Positions 43,074 through 51,805 of a DNA stretch of 64,000 nt are shown here, piece by piece. A model generated the notes under the pieces. It worked only from the letters and a program-made list of their open reading frames with translations. It did not search any database and was not told where the DNA came from. Position 1 is the first letter of the stretch. Every line of letters begins with the position of its first letter. Made by a program: the position numbers and the translations under genes. This stretch comes from Pseudomonadota bacterium (GTDB taxonomy: Bacteria > Pseudomonadota > Alphaproteobacteria > Caulobacterales > Caulobacteraceae). The DNA lies in NCBI GenBank assembly GCA_020161365.1, contig JAIUNU010000007.1, positions 186,853 to 250,852 of the forward strand, in the 5' to 3' direction.

Positions 43074-43216
43074 GCGCCCTCTCCGGATCTGTCGTTGCGG
43101 AACTTAGTCGGTCGCTTCCGGGAGGCAACCGCTGTTCGCAGGTCCCCTCGGCCGGTCAAGATTGCCCGGGGCGCCGGCGACTGGCAGGGTCCTCTCCTGC
43201 CGTGGAGACGCATTTC

Positions 43217-44539
43217 GTGACCCCGTTCCATCACCTGCTGGTCAACAACCTCGTGGCCAACATCACCAACTTCACGATCTGGTTCGCCCTGACCTTCTAC
43301 GTCTATTTGGAGACGAAGTCGGTCTTCGCCACGGGAATGATCGCGGGCGTCTATCTGGTGCTGACGGCGGCCTGCGGCATCTGGTTCGGCAGCCTTGTCG
43401 ACCATCATCGCAAGAAGCTGGCGATGGCGGGGTCGAGCGTGGCCTCGCTGCTGCTCTATGCCGTGGCGCTGGCCGTGCTGCTGCTGGCGCCCAAGGGCGC
43501 CATCGCCGATGTCGGGCGGCCCTGGCTGTGGGCGCTGATCGGGCTTTCGATGCTGGGCGTCATCGCCGGCAATATCCGCACCATCGCCCTGCCCACCCTG
43601 GTGACTCTGATGATCCCCGAGGATCGCCGCGACAAGGCCAATGGCCTAGTGGGTATGGTGACGGGCGTTGGCTTCCTGACCACCTCGGTGATCAGCGGCT
43701 TCCTGGTGGCCTGGGGCGGCATGTTCGCCGCCCTCGTCTTCGCCCTGGGTTTTACGCTCGCCGCGCTGGTCCACCTGCTGGCCGTTCCGGTCCATGAGCC
43801 GCGCGTTGAGGCCGAGCACGGGGCGCCGGTCGAACCCAAGACGATCGACCTCGCCGGCACGATCAAGGTGGTGGCCGCCGTCCCGGGTCTTTTCGCTCTG
43901 ATCCTGTTTGCGACCTTCAACAACTTCCTGGGCGGCATCTTCATGGCCCTGCTGGACGCCTATGGCCTGTCGATGGTGTCGGTGCAGGCGTGGGGGCTGC
44001 TGTTCGGCTTCCTGTCGGTGGCCTTCATCGCCAGCGGCGTCGCGATCAGCAGGACGGGGCTGGGCAAGAACCCGCTGCGCACACTGCTTCTGGTCAATCT
44101 GATCTCGTGGGCGGTGTGTTGTGTGTTTCCGCTGAAGTCGTCGATCGTCCTGTTGGCGATCGGCTGTTTCGTCTGGATGGCGCTGGGGCCCTATGCGGAG
44201 GCCGCCGAGCAGACGACGCTGCAGAAGGTGGTGCCGTTCGAGCGCCAGGGCCGGGTCTTCGGCTTCGCCCAGTCGGTGGAGCAGGCGGCGTCGCCGCTGA
44301 CGGCGTTCCTGATCGGACCGCTGACCCAGTTCGTTTTCATCCCGTTCATGACCCATGGCGCCGGCGCGGCCACGATCGGCGACTGGTTTGGCCGAGGGCC
44401 TGATCGCGGCATGGCGCTGGTGTTCACGGTGGCTGGCGTGGTTGGGGTGATCGTCACCCTGCTGGCCTTCGGCTCCAAGGCCTACAAGCAGCTGTCGGCC
44501 GCCTATGGTCAGGGCGAGACGGCCGCCGTCGCTCAGTGA
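43217..44539 (+). CDS. MFS transporter (macrolide/H+ antiporter-like)
   Basis: About 12 TM helices, GSLVDHHRKK, RDKANG, QGRVFG. GTG start with GGAGA RBS. Confidence 0.88.
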   Translation: MTPFHHLLVNNLVANITNFTIWFALTFYVYLETKSVFATGMIAGVYLVLTAACGIWFGSLVDHHRKKLAMAGSSVASLLLYAVALAVLLLAPKGAIADVGRPWLWALIGLSMLGVIAGNIRTIALPTLVTLMIPEDRRDKANGLVGMVTGVGFLTTSVISGFLVAWGGMFAALVFALGFTLAALVHLLAVPVHEPRVEAEHGAPVEPKTIDLAGTIKVVAAVPGLFALILFATFNNFLGGIFMALLDAYGLSMVSVQAWGLLFGFLSVAFIASGVAISRTGLGKNPLRTLLLVNLISWAVCCVFPLKSSIVLLAIGCFVWMALGPYAEAAEQTTLQKVVPFERQGRVFGFAQSVEQAASPLTAFLIGPLTQFVFIPFMTHGAGAATIGDWFGRGPDRGMALVFTVAGVVGVIVTLLAFGSKAYKQLSAAYGQGETAAVAQ

Positions 44540-45123
44540 CGGTGGCCCAGCGCCTTGCACGCCTCATGTCGGAAGCAGGTCACCAGGTGGTCGTTGACCA
44601 GCCCGGTCGCCTGCATGAAGGCATAGACGATCACCGGGCCGCAGAACTTGAAGCCCTTGGCCTTCAGCGCCTTGGACATCTCGACGGCCAACGGGGTCTG
44701 GGCCGGCACCTGGCCGGCTTCCCACCGGTTCTGGATCGGTGCGCCGCCGACCATGTCCCATAGGAACCGGCTGAAATCCTCGCCCCGCTCGCGCATGTCG
44801 AGATAGAGGCGCGCGCCCTGAATTGTCGCGTCGATCTTGCCGTTCGAGCGGATGATGCCGGCGTCGGCCATCAGTCGGGCGCGATCTGTCTCGTCAAAGC
44901 GCGCGACCTTTTCCGGGTCGAAATTGGCGAAGGCGGCGCGAAAGGCCTCACGCTTGCGCAGGATGGTGATCCAGGACAGCCCCGCCTGGAAACCGTCCAA
45001 GACGAGCTTCTCCCACAGCGCGCGGGAGTCCCACTCGGGCACGCCCCATTCGTTGTCGTGATAGGCCTCGTAGAACGGGTCTCCGTTCATGCCTTTCCAG
45101 GTGCAGCGGGTGATGTCGTTCAT
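44533..45123 (-). CDS. tag: DNA-3-methyladenine glycosylase I
   Basis: RC..W, YHDNEWG, QAGLSWITIL, IIRSNGKI, GFKFCGP, NDHLVTC. Confidence 0.95.
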   Translation of the reverse strand: MNDITRCTWKGMNGDPFYEAYHDNEWGVPEWDSRALWEKLVLDGFQAGLSWITILRKREAFRAAFANFDPEKVARFDETDRARLMADAGIIRSNGKIDATIQGARLYLDMRERGEDFSRFLWDMVGGAPIQNRWEAGQVPAQTPLAVEMSKALKAKGFKFCGPVIVYAFMQATGLVNDHLVTCFRHEACKALGHRH

Positions 45124-45251
45124 GCGGCGAAGCTGGCAGAAACTTTGCCGGCTGACTAGAACTTTTCAGGAACATGCGGCGTAGGGCGACGGATTTCCGG
45201 ATCTTGCGCGTTGGGCTTCGCGAGGGACCTAGACACACGAAAGGTGCGCCG

Positions 45252-45674
45252 ATGAAGCGCCTGAAGACCTTCGCCATCCTGACCCTGGCCACGACCGCCC
45301 TGGCCACGACGCCGGCTCTGGCCCAGCACCGGGACCGCGATCACAATCCGCCGGGGCCGCGCGGCGGGCCGGGAACCAATTGGGAGAATCCGCCGGGCTG
45401 GCGGGGCGGCCCCGGGGCCTCGCCCGACCGCCGCTACTATCGCTGGAAGGGTCAGCGGATCGAGTTCCGCTACCGCGACGGCTACTACTACAACCGCGCC
45501 TACGGCTACTATCACCCGGGCTTTGGCTGGTGGAACCAGACCGCCAGGTGCTGGTTCGACAACGACCGCAATCCGCCCGGTCCGCGCGGTGGTCCCGGCA
45601 CGAACTGGGAGAACCCACCCGGCTGGCGCGGCGGCCCGGGGGCGTCCCCGGACCGCTACGGCCGCTGCCGATAA
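45252..45674 (+). CDS. Secreted protein with two Gly/Pro-rich 29-aa repeats
   Basis: Signal peptide; NPPGPRGGPGTNWENPPGWRGGPGASPDR occurs twice, identical, around a Tyr/Trp-rich linker. Confidence 0.75.
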   Translation: MKRLKTFAILTLATTALATTPALAQHRDRDHNPPGPRGGPGTNWENPPGWRGGPGASPDRRYYRWKGQRIEFRYRDGYYYNRAYGYYHPGFGWWNQTARCWFDNDRNPPGPRGGPGTNWENPPGWRGGPGASPDRYGRCR

Positions 45675-45684
45675 GGTCGACCTC

Positions 45685-45792
45685 GAGCCTTTCCCCCTCG
45701 AATGGAATCATTCGAGGGGGAAAGGCTCTATTTCAAACATTTAGAGCGTGATTACCGCCGAAACTGCTCACACTCTCGGCTATCACGCTCTA
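45685..45792. repeat. CIR-like (CcrM-site-associated) two-arm intergenic repeat
   Basis: Perfect 20-bp stem 45685-45704/45709-45728 with GAATC at the loop, TTTCAAACAT core, second arm TAGAGCGTGAT/ATCACGCTCTA. Confidence 0.75.
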
Positions 45793-45795
45793 GGA

Positions 45796-46677
45796 TCAGC
45801 CGGCCAGGAAGCTCTCGACCTCGGCCATGAACTTGGCCGGTTGATCGATCATGATGAAGTGGGCGCTATCATCGATGCGCACCAGCTTGACGCCCTTTAG
45901 TGGCCCATAGGCGGCCTGATACCAGCCGCCGAACGTCGCGGCGGGGACCGGGATGCCGCTGTTCCAGGCCCAGACCACGGTGGTCGGCGCGGTGATCTTG
46001 GCCAGCTCGGGCGTCAGGTCGGTGGTCAGCAGTTCTTCCATGGCGCGGCCAGAAACCTGCCGGTCGCTGTCGAGCGAGTGCTTGACGATGGCGGCGCGGG
46101 CGGACTCAGTGCGGACCATGCCCGCGATCACCTGCTCCTGCATGGCCTTGAAGGCGTCGGCGGGCGCGTTGGCGATCTGGGCGCGGAAGCCGGCCGCGCG
46201 CTGGGCGACGGACTCCGGCGTCTGGCCGGGGCCGAAATAGGCGACCGCGAGGTTGGGGAACATATCGACCACCATCAGCTTGCCAACAAGGGTCGGATGC
46301 CGGGCCGCCAGCATCATGCCGATCGTGCCGCCCATCGAGTGGCCCATCACCGCCGGCGACTTCAGGCCCTGAGCCTGGATGTAGCCGGCCAGGCCCTCAG
46401 CGACGCCCGCGGCGACCTTGCCCTCGGCGTTGCCGGCGGTCGGCGCGCCCGCGAATCCGGCGACATGGACGAGGTGGACGCGATAGCGGCCTTCCAGCGC
46501 CTGGGCCGTCGACTCCCAGATCTCCGGCGACGACGAAAGGCCCGGAATCAGGATCACGTCGGGGCCCTTTCCGCGAACCTTGACCGTAAATCGCGCGGCG
46601 TCGGCGGCCAGGGTCGGTCCGGCGATAGCGGTGACGGCCAGCAGCGCGCCCGCGCCGAGAACTTTGCGACGATTCAT
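45796..46677 (-). CDS. Exported alpha/beta hydrolase
   Basis: MNRRKVLGAG Tat-like signal, LIPGLSS, GHSMGG, SAHFIMIDQP. Confidence 0.87.
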   Translation of the reverse strand: MNRRKVLGAGALLAVTAIAGPTLAADAARFTVKVRGKGPDVILIPGLSSSPEIWESTAQALEGRYRVHLVHVAGFAGAPTAGNAEGKVAAGVAEGLAGYIQAQGLKSPAVMGHSMGGTIGMMLAARHPTLVGKLMVVDMFPNLAVAYFGPGQTPESVAQRAAGFRAQIANAPADAFKAMQEQVIAGMVRTESARAAIVKHSLDSDRQVSGRAMEELLTTDLTPELAKITAPTTVVWAWNSGIPVPAATFGGWYQAAYGPLKGVKLVRIDDSAHFIMIDQPAKFMAEVESFLAG

Positions 46678-46773
46678 GTTTCCTGTGCCCCTAAAGCGCT
46701 TTCGGTCACCGGTCAGGGCGACTCTCTTTCCGCGCTCTGTGCCCGGAATTGGGGGCGCTCGCAACCAGAGGCT

Positions 46774-47565
46774 TTAGCGGCTCCACTCCGGCCGCTCGAC
46801 CCGGACCGACCGTCCGTCGACGTTGAGCGAGGCGCCGTCGATCCGGTCCAGACGCAGGAGAGCCATGGCCCGGCCTTCGCGGCCGCCCAAGACCTCGCCG
46901 GCGCGCAAGTCTCCCGCCAGGACCTCTGAGCCGAAGGCTGGCGGCGCGCCCTCGAAGGTTATCGGCAGCATCCGGTTCTTGATCGTGCCGCGACGCTTCA
47001 TCCGGCTGGTGGTTTCCTGGCCGACAAAGCAGCCTTTCTTGAAGTCGATCCCCGCCAGCAGGTCAAAATTGGCCTCGATCGGATAGTTGGCCTCGCTGCC
47101 CCAGTCTGCGGGGCCGGGGACGCCCAGCGCCAGGCGATGAGCCTCATAGGCGTCTTCATCGGCGTTGGTCGCCCGGTCGTCATAGGCGCGGGCGCCCAGC
47201 GCCGGCAGGCGCGGATCAGCATAGAGGCCCGGACCCGAGGCCTCGCCGCCGAACACCGCGATCACCGGGCGGTCGCTGGCGGCCAGGTCCGCCTTGGCCC
47301 GCAGGCGGTACATCGTCAGGCGCGCCAGGATGGCGTCACGGTGCGCCGTCGCCACGTCCAGCAGCGCGCCGTCCTCCGTTCCCGCCACGAACAGGTCGTA
47401 GAGCAGCTTGCCCTGCGGGGTCAGCAGGCCCGCAAAGCGCAGTTCGCCCACGGCCAGGGTCTCGACATCCTGGGTCAGCAGGCCCTGCAGAAAGCTTCGC
47501 CAGTCCGGCCCGGAGACGGCGATGACGGCGCGGGAGGCGAGGCGGGCGAGCAAAGGTGCGGTCAT
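46774..47565 (-). CDS. ygfZ: Folate-binding Fe-S/tRNA-modification protein YgfZ
   Basis: FLQGLLTQD, LTPQGKLLYD, KGCFVGQE signature. Confidence 0.93.
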   Translation of the reverse strand: MTAPLLARLASRAVIAVSGPDWRSFLQGLLTQDVETLAVGELRFAGLLTPQGKLLYDLFVAGTEDGALLDVATAHRDAILARLTMYRLRAKADLAASDRPVIAVFGGEASGPGLYADPRLPALGARAYDDRATNADEDAYEAHRLALGVPGPADWGSEANYPIEANFDLLAGIDFKKGCFVGQETTSRMKRRGTIKNRMLPITFEGAPPAFGSEVLAGDLRAGEVLGGREGRAMALLRLDRIDGASLNVDGRSVRVERPEWSR

Positions 47566-47668
47566 GAGGGCACATGTGGCGCCGTGTCGCGGGCGGCGCC
47601 AGTCCTTGAGGTAACTCAAGTGTTAACGTGGGGTGCGCCGACTCACCGACCGGCCTATAGGTGGACCG

Positions 47669-48865
47669 ATGACACAGCGGGCCTTCCCGATCCTTTTCAT
47701 CACGGCGACGCGTATCGGTGACGCGGTGCTGTCGTCTGGCCTGATCAAGATGCTGGCCGACCAGATTCCGAACGCGCGCTTCACCATTGTCGCGGGGCCC
47801 CTCGCCGCGCCGCTCTTCGCCCACGTGCCCGGTCTGGACCGCGTGATCGTGATGGAGAAGGGCAAGGGCAAGGGACACTGGTTCAAGCTCTGGAACCAGG
47901 TGCGCCACAAGAAGTGGAGCCTGATCGTCGACCTGCGCGGCTCGGCCACGGCCCTGTTCCTGCGGCGCGACAAGCGCGCCATCTGGAAGAAGATCCCGGG
48001 CGAGGTCGTCCACAAGGTGGTCGACGCGGCCCGCACGCTGAAGCTCGAGGGCGATCCGCCGCCGCCCTTTCTCTACATCACGCCCGAGGTTCAGGCCCTG
48101 GCGGACGAAATGCTGGGCCTGAACCAGGGCGGCGAAACCGGACCGATCCTGGCCGTGGGCCCGGCGGCCAACTGGGTGGGTAAGGTCTGGCCGATCGAGC
48201 GCTTCACCCAGACCGCCGCGCAGCTGCTCGACAAGGACGGCCCGATGGCCGGCGGGCGGCTGCTGATCCTGGGCGGCCCGGACGACACCCGCATGGTCGA
48301 GGAGCTGCGCATGGCCTCGGCGCGCGGCCGCACCATCGACCTCACCGGCAAGGTCGACCTGCTGACCGCCTACGCGTGCCTGAAGCGCGCCAGCCTGTTC
48401 ATCGGCAACGATTCGGGCCTTATGCACATCGCCGCCGCCGCCGGAACGCCGACCATCGGCCTGTTCGGCCCCTCCGACGAGCGCCGCTACGCGCCGTGGG
48501 GCGAGCACGCCGTGGCGGTGCGCGGCCCACGGACGTTCGAACAGTTCCTGGCCATCGATCCGGAGCTGTCCCAGGCCATCCGCCATATGAGCGACTTGCC
48601 GGTGGCGACGGTCTTCAAGGCGGCCAAGGCGCTGCTGGCCAAGGTCGCCGGGACCGTTCCGCCGGAACCCGTTGCGGCCGAAGCGAGCGACGTGACAGCC
48701 GAGCCTCAAGCTCAAGCCTCTGCGGCTGAGGCCGCACCCGATCCCGCCCCCGAGGAGCCCGCCGCGCCGATTTCAGAGGCGCCCGCCGACGTGTCTTCCG
48801 AGCCCGCCGGGGAAGAGCTCGCAGGAGACCAGCTGGAAAGCGCCGCCCAGCCCGATCGCGACTGA
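47669..48865 (+). CDS. Glycosyltransferase family 9 (heptosyltransferase-like) with an acidic disordered tail
   Basis: TRIGDAVL, KVWPIERF, IGNDSGLMHIAAA, GLFGPS. Confidence 0.88.
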   Translation: MTQRAFPILFITATRIGDAVLSSGLIKMLADQIPNARFTIVAGPLAAPLFAHVPGLDRVIVMEKGKGKGHWFKLWNQVRHKKWSLIVDLRGSATALFLRRDKRAIWKKIPGEVVHKVVDAARTLKLEGDPPPPFLYITPEVQALADEMLGLNQGGETGPILAVGPAANWVGKVWPIERFTQTAAQLLDKDGPMAGGRLLILGGPDDTRMVEELRMASARGRTIDLTGKVDLLTAYACLKRASLFIGNDSGLMHIAAAAGTPTIGLFGPSDERRYAPWGEHAVAVRGPRTFEQFLAIDPELSQAIRHMSDLPVATVFKAAKALLAKVAGTVPPEPVAAEASDVTAEPQAQASAAEAAPDPAPEEPAAPISEAPADVSSEPAGEELAGDQLESAAQPDRD

Positions 48866-48896
48866 GCCGATTTAAAGCGCGGCCCAGGAGACTCCG

Positions 48897-49454
48897 ATGA
48901 AATCCCTGATCGCCCTCTGTGCGGCGCTGGCCCTGGCGCCCGCCGCGGCCTTCGCCGGGACGCCAGGCGAGCAGTTCTTCGATCGCCTGAGCGCGCTGTG
49001 CGGCAAGACCTTCACCGGTCAGGTCGTGGAAGGCGACGCGGCCGACGAGGCGTTCCGCAAGGCCGAGCTGGTGATGACCGTCGCCCACTGCGACGCCCGG
49101 CAGATCCGCATTCCGTTCCGCGTCGGCGAGGATCGCTCGCGCACCTGGATCATCACGCGGCTCGACGACGGCCGACTGCGCCTCAAGCACGATCACCGCC
49201 ATGCCGACGGCGTCGAGGACGAGCTGTCGCGCTATGGCGGCGACACGGCGGAGCCGGGAACGGCGCAAGCCCAGCGCTTCCCGGTCGACGACGAGTCCAA
49301 GGCCCTGTTCACACGACTGAACCGGACAGTCTCCAACACCAACGTCTGGGCGCTGGGCCTCACCGACAGTGCGTTCACCTATGAGCTTTCGCGCCCGAAC
49401 AGGCTGTTCCGCGTGGCCTTCGACCTCAGCAAGCCCGCGCCGTCAAAGCCCTGA
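48897..49454 (+). CDS. Conserved secreted hypothetical protein
   Basis: Signal peptide; LCGKTFTG, IRIPFRVGEDRSRTW, LKHDHRH, YGG. No function recognised. Confidence 0.7.
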   Translation: MKSLIALCAALALAPAAAFAGTPGEQFFDRLSALCGKTFTGQVVEGDAADEAFRKAELVMTVAHCDARQIRIPFRVGEDRSRTWIITRLDDGRLRLKHDHRHADGVEDELSRYGGDTAEPGTAQAQRFPVDDESKALFTRLNRTVSNTNVWALGLTDSAFTYELSRPNRLFRVAFDLSKPAPSKP

Positions 49455-49524
49455 GATCGGGACCTAATGGTTGCCTGTTTCGGTCGATCGTCCTAGATCG
49501 CCGGAAACCCTCCGGAGCCGTCCC

Positions 49525-50859
49525 ATGACCCAGACCTTCGACCTGATCGTGCGTGGCGGCGAGGTGGTGAACCAAGCCGGCCGGGGCTTCACAGACATCG
49601 GCGTGCGCGGCGGCAAGATCGTCGCGATCGGCGACCTTTCGCAGGCCAGCGCCGGCGAGGTGTTCGACGCCACGGGCCTGACGGTGCTGCCGGGCGTCAT
49701 CGACAGCCAGGTCCACTTCCGCGAGCCGGGCCTGGAGTGGAAGGAAGATCTCGAGAGCGGCTCGCGCGGTGCGGCCTTGGGCGGCGTCACCGCCGTGTTC
49801 GAGATGCCCAACACCGAGCCGACGACGACGGACCCGGATTCGCTCGCCGACAAGCTCGTGCGCGCCAAGAACCGGATGCACACCGACCACGCCTTCTATG
49901 TCGGCGGCACCCACGAGAACGCCACCTTCCTGGGCGAGCTGGAACGCCTGCCGGGCTGCTGCGGCATCAAGGTGTTCATGGGCGCCTCGACCGGGTCGCT
50001 GCTGGTGCAGGACGACGAGGGCGTGGAGAACGTGCTGCGCCACGTCAATCGCCGCGCGGCCTTCCACTCCGAGGATGAATATCGCCTGGCCGAGCGTCGC
50101 ATCCTGGCCCGTCCCGGCGACTGGACGAGCCACCCGGAGGTGCGCGACGCCCAGGCCGCCCTGCAATCGACCCATCGCCTGGTCCGCATCGCCAAGTCGC
50201 TGGGCAAGCGCATCCACGTGCTGCACGTGACCACCAAGGAAGAGATCGACTTCCTGGCCCAGAACAAGGATGTCGCCAGCGTCGAGGTCACGCCCCAGCA
50301 CCTGACGCTGGTCGCGCCCGAGGCCTATGAGCGCCTGAAGGGCTTCGCCCAGATGAACCCGCCGATCCGCGAGGCCGACCACGTGGCCGGGATCTGGCGC
50401 GGGATCGACACCGGCGTCGCCGACGTGCTGGGTAGCGATCACGCCCCGCACACGCGCGAGGAAAAGGCCCGGCCCTATCCGGCCTCGCCGTCCGGCATGC
50501 CGGGGGTCCAGACCCTGGTTCCGATCATGCTGACCCACGTGGCGGACGGAAGGCTGACCCTCGAGCGCTTCGTCGACCTGACCAGCCACGGCGTGAACCG
50601 CATCTTCGGACTGGCCGACAAGGGCCGCATCGCCGAGGGCTTCGACGCCGACTTCACCATCGTCGACATGAAGGCCCGCCGGGTCATCACCCACGACTGG
50701 ATGGCCACCCGCTCGGGCTGGACCCCGTTCGACGGCTTCGAAGCCAAGGCCTGGCCCGTGGCGACCATCGTGCGCGGGATCGTGGTGATGCGCGACGACG
50801 AGATCATCGCCGAGGGCAAGGGCGAGCCGGTGCGGTTCCTGGAGACCCTGGCGGGGTAG
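49525..50859 (+). CDS. pyrC: Dihydroorotase
   Basis: PGVIDSQVHFREPG, EMPNT, FHSED, LHVT, EVTPQH, GSDHAPH. Confidence 0.9.
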   Translation: MTQTFDLIVRGGEVVNQAGRGFTDIGVRGGKIVAIGDLSQASAGEVFDATGLTVLPGVIDSQVHFREPGLEWKEDLESGSRGAALGGVTAVFEMPNTEPTTTDPDSLADKLVRAKNRMHTDHAFYVGGTHENATFLGELERLPGCCGIKVFMGASTGSLLVQDDEGVENVLRHVNRRAAFHSEDEYRLAERRILARPGDWTSHPEVRDAQAALQSTHRLVRIAKSLGKRIHVLHVTTKEEIDFLAQNKDVASVEVTPQHLTLVAPEAYERLKGFAQMNPPIREADHVAGIWRGIDTGVADVLGSDHAPHTREEKARPYPASPSGMPGVQTLVPIMLTHVADGRLTLERFVDLTSHGVNRIFGLADKGRIAEGFDADFTIVDMKARRVITHDWMATRSGWTPFDGFEAKAWPVATIVRGIVVMRDDEIIAEGKGEPVRFLETLAG

Positions 50860-50866
50860 GTGCGGC

Positions 50867-51346
50867 CTACGCGACCGCCAGTTTGCGTAGCGCCTCGCCC
50901 GTCAGGCGGCGGATGATCCACTCGTCCATCGCGGCCGCGCCGAGGCCGTCATAGAAGGCGATCGACGGGGCGTTCCAGTCGAGCACCGACCACTCCAGCC
51001 GCCCGAGGCCCTCGTCGACACAGCGCTTGGCGAGGTTCGCCAGCAGCGCCTTGCCTGCGCCCGAGCCCCGCGCCGACGGCCGCACGAACAGGTCCTCCAG
51101 ATAGATCCCGTGCCGGCCCACAAAGGTCGAGTAGTTGTAGAACCACAGCGCAAAGCCGACCGGCTCTCCGTCGATCTCGGCGATGTCGGCGAAAACCCGG
51201 GCCTTGTCGCCGAAGAGGGCGGCCGTCGTGTCGGCCTCTGTCGCCTGGACGGTGTCGAGCAGCTTCTCATACTCGGCCAGATCGAGGATGAACTGGTGGA
51301 TCAGGCTCGCATCGGCGGGCGTGGCGGGACGGACGGTGACGGGCAT
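50867..51346 (-). CDS. GNAT N-acetyltransferase (diamine/SSAT-like)
   Basis: LAEYEKL, FYNYSTF, IYLEDLFVRP, GSGAGKAL, VLDWNAPSIAFY. Confidence 0.88.
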   Translation of the reverse strand: MPVTVRPATPADASLIHQFILDLAEYEKLLDTVQATEADTTAALFGDKARVFADIAEIDGEPVGFALWFYNYSTFVGRHGIYLEDLFVRPSARGSGAGKALLANLAKRCVDEGLGRLEWSVLDWNAPSIAFYDGLGAAAMDEWIIRRLTGEALRKLAVA

Positions 51347-51704
51347 GGCGGTATCCGACGACTACAAGGACTTCGTTCTGGAGCAGTTGGCCCCGCTGGG
51401 CCAGATCAGCGCGCGGCGCATGTTCGGGGGAGTCGGCGTCTATGCGAACGGGCTGTTCTTCGCGCTCATCGACGACGACGTCCTCTACCTCAAGGGCGAC
51501 GAGGCCCTGAAGCTCGAATTCGAGGCCGCCGGCGCACAGGCCTTCGCCCCGTTCGAGGACGGCAAGACGATGGCCTACTGGACTGCGCCCGCCGAGGCTT
51601 TGGACGATCAGGATCTCCTGCTGGACTGGGCGCGGAAGTCGTTGGCCGTGGCGGCGCGCAAACAGAAGCCCTCTCCCAAGGGGGGAGGGCGGGGCCCGCG
51701 CTGA
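51345..51704 (+). CDS. TfoX/Sxy N-terminal domain protein
   Basis: MAVSDDYKDFVLEQL, RRMFGGVGVY, LYLKGD, YWTAP. The real start is ATG 51345, not the ORF-track start. Confidence 0.85.
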   Translation: MAVSDDYKDFVLEQLAPLGQISARRMFGGVGVYANGLFFALIDDDVLYLKGDEALKLEFEAAGAQAFAPFEDGKTMAYWTAPAEALDDQDLLLDWARKSLAVAARKQKPSPKGGGRGPR

Positions 51705-51799
51705 AAGCGTGGGAGGGAGAGGGGGTAAGGCGTCGGCCGACGAAACCCCTCACCTCCCACCGCTCTGCGGTGGGTCCCTCCTCTCCCTCTGGGAGAGGG
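51669..51799. repeat. Palindromic intergenic repeat (CCCTCTCCC..GGGAGAGGG type)
   Basis: Inverted terminal units plus internal hairpins CCCGCGCT..AGCGTGGG and CCCACCGC..GCGGTGGG. Confidence 0.75.
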
Positions 51800-51805
51800 T
51801 CTCGA

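Noticed and set aside
47605-47627. CtrA box upstream of the GT9 gene
   Set aside because: Only one TTAAC half-site is present and the partner is mis-spaced. The 6-bp CTTGAG/CTCAAG dyad is too short to call.
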